NCBI GenBank assembly: GCA_963744725.1
Contig: CAVUUQ010000002.1
Span: forward strand, 760,541-824,540
DNA from: an uncultured Actinomycetes bacterium
GTDB lineage: Bacteria > Actinomycetota > Thermoleophilia > Solirubrobacterales > 70-9
Length of the DNA stretch: 64,000 nt
Reading direction: 5' to 3'
Shown here: positions 62,578 to 64,000 of the stretch, in pieces
How the letters are laid out: every line of letters begins with the position of its first letter
Position numbering within the stretch: the first letter of the stretch is position 1
Made by a program: the position numbers and the translations under genes
Notes under the pieces: generated by a model
Seen by the model: the letters and a program-made list of their open reading frames with translations, nothing else
Database searches by the model: none
Told to the model about the DNA's origin: nothing

Positions 62578-64000
62578 CGACAGATCCGCACCGCGGAGGT
62601 CGATTCGACCTGCAGGTGCCAGGGCTGGGAAGCTTCGTCGCGGGGGATTCCAAGCTTCGCCGTCTCGCCCGCTGGGACCGTCCCGAGATCGACTGGAAAT
62701 TCGGCGACGGAGTAACGCCGCGCATGCAGGTGCGCTTCGGCGCCGCCGGCGGCGACGGTGTAGGTACCGGGACCGAGTTCGAGTTCCGGTGGCGATTCTC
62801 CGCCCACGGAGGAGCAGCGACCGCCCGTGCCTGCACTCCCACTCGGCACGACCTTCAGCGAAAGCGGCAGTGCGCTAGCCAGCAGAACGTCCGCCCAATG
62901 CTGCGCGAGGGGAGTTGCTTTCGTCAACTCCTCAGGCGTGTAGGCCGGGGAGCCGTGTTCGTCGGTGACTTCGAGATAAGGCCCGGGGATGATCGTGACG
63001 TTCGCGAGAGTCCCGGTGATCGACGGGTCCATCACCATGTCGGGCGGAACGGTGCGGCGCGCGATCTCCAAGGCGGCGGTATCGGCCCGAGTCAGTTCGC
63101 CCTGGGTTTCGAAGACTTCGGATCCTTCCTTGAGCAGCGCGATATTCCCCGCCAGCGCACAGGCGACGACGATGGCAAGCACCGCGAGGCCACGACGCCC
63201 GACCCGCACGCCATCGAGCAGATCGGACAGCATCATCACCAGGAAGATCACGCCGGCGTAGACGTAGCGGTTCGAGGCTGCCTCGCGGCCGGGAATGTAG
63301 TTGAAGGCGGCGAGGACCCAGTACGAAGCGGCGGCGGCGGCGGCGGGCCAGAAACGCGGGGAGACGAATCTACGCCGGCGCTGCCAGGCAACGGCGGCGG
63401 CGATCAGGGCCAGCAACAGGCCCCGGCCCCAAATCGGTTCGGCCGTGCTCGCTTCGGTCTCGACGTTCAGGCCAACCAAGGAGGCCACCGATTGAGCGAG
63501 ACCATCGAGGACGAAGCGGGGCATCTCGAGGATGTTTTGGAGGGTGAGGTGATGTTCAGCCGTGTGGCCCCAGCCGAGATACCAGATGAGATAGAGCACC
63601 GCGGGTACGACGACGACGTAGCCACGGCTCCATCCGAGGCTGGAACGGCTCTGCCAGACGACGACGGCCGCGGCGACGGCGAACGACAGACCGAGGCTCC
63701 CGAATCCGATCGAGACGATCAGCAACAGGCAGGCCCAGACGTCGGCGCGCCGATCTCGGCGTTCGAGCAGAAGCATCGCCCCGAGTCCCGCCATCACGCC
63801 GCCCGAAAAGTCAATCTCGAACGGCCAGAGCAGGATCATCCAGGAGGAGCCGATGAACAGCACTGGCAGGACGGCGAGGAGGGCGAGCCAGGGGCCCAAC
63901 CTGCGGCGTACGTAGACGAACAGAACAGCGCCGGCGGCCAGCAAGGTGGCCGTCATCACGAACATTTCCGGATGGGCGCTCGACAGCCCAAAAATCTGCT
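62574..64000 (-). CDS. Polytopic membrane protein, paralog of 56804-58477 (5' end lies beyond the right edge)
   Basis: The open frame continues to the window edge (…IFGLSSAHPEMFVMTATLL aligns with VFGMTSARPEMLFMTVTLL of the paralog, about 100 aa into that protein). Its stop codon shares the CTAG tetranucleotide with the wzm stop. Confidence 0.7.
   Translation of the reverse strand, partial: QIFGLSSAHPEMFVMTATLLAAGAVLFVYVRRRLGPWLALLAVLPVLFIGSSWMILLWPFEIDFSGGVMAGLGAMLLLERRDRRADVWACLLLIVSIGFGSLGLSFAVAAAVVVWQSRSSLGWSRGYVVVVPAVLYLIWYLGWGHTAEHHLTLQNILEMPRFVLDGLAQSVASLVGLNVETEASTAEPIWGRGLLLALIAAAVAWQRRRRFVSPRFWPAAAAAASYWVLAAFNYIPGREAASNRYVYAGVIFLVMMLSDLLDGVRVGRRGLAVLAIVVACALAGNIALLKEGSEVFETQGELTRADTAALEIARRTVPPDMVMDPSITGTLANVTIIPGPYLEVTDEHGSPAYTPEELTKATPLAQHWADVLLASALPLSLKVVPSGSAGTGGRCSSVGGESPPELELGPGTYTVAAGGAEAHLHARRYSVAEFPVDLGTVPAGETAKLGIPRDEASQPWHLQVESTSAVRICR

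Overview
High-GC (roughly 70% by eye) chromosome segment that looks Actinomycetota-like (possibly Thermoleophilia/Rubrobacteria-type; this is inference only). It has three parts. (1) Positions 1-18.2 kb are a tRNA-Ser(UGA) integration hot spot. An intact tRNA lies at 262-350, and two further direct copies of its 3' end (14672-14731 and 18144-18166) delimit two tandem, decayed islands. Island A holds a delta-60-repeat secreted protein, a frameshifted toxin-antitoxin pair and an integrase remnant. That remnant is split by a degenerate IS630-family element, which is itself split by an apparently intact IS21 (istA/istB). Island A also carries a visibly AT-richer cargo block: a lipoprotein, a secreted protein, and a 1406-aa protein with five LamG repeats and an unrecognisable Cys-rich C-terminal domain, preceded by an ArsR-like regulator. 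Island B repeats the left-end modules of island A in broken form and carries an Ntn-hydrolase gene. (2) Positions 18.3-38 kb are housekeeping genes: K+ channel, cyclophilin, Mrp/ApbC, a c-di-AMP (ydaO-type) riboswitch in front of an NlpC/P60 hydrolase, ferredoxin, quinone oxidoreductase, groES-groEL with a CIRCE operator, pcm, a Crp/Fnr regulator and the Lhr helicase. An RTX-like protein also sits here. (3) Positions 38-64 kb are a cell-envelope polysaccharide locus. It contains a WaaL/Wzy_C-family protein, a polyprenyl-phosphate sugar transferase, three GT2 genes (one frameshifted), two SAM methyltransferases, rmlC-B-D-A and Wzm/Wzt with a Wzt C-terminal domain. It also has four large polytopic membrane proteins I cannot assign to a family (two are clear paralogs), and two nucleotidyltransferase-type addiction-like modules inserted into it. 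Most long ORFs in the six-frame track that run antisense to these genes are high-GC artefacts. All family calls come from reading motifs by eye; no database search was run.
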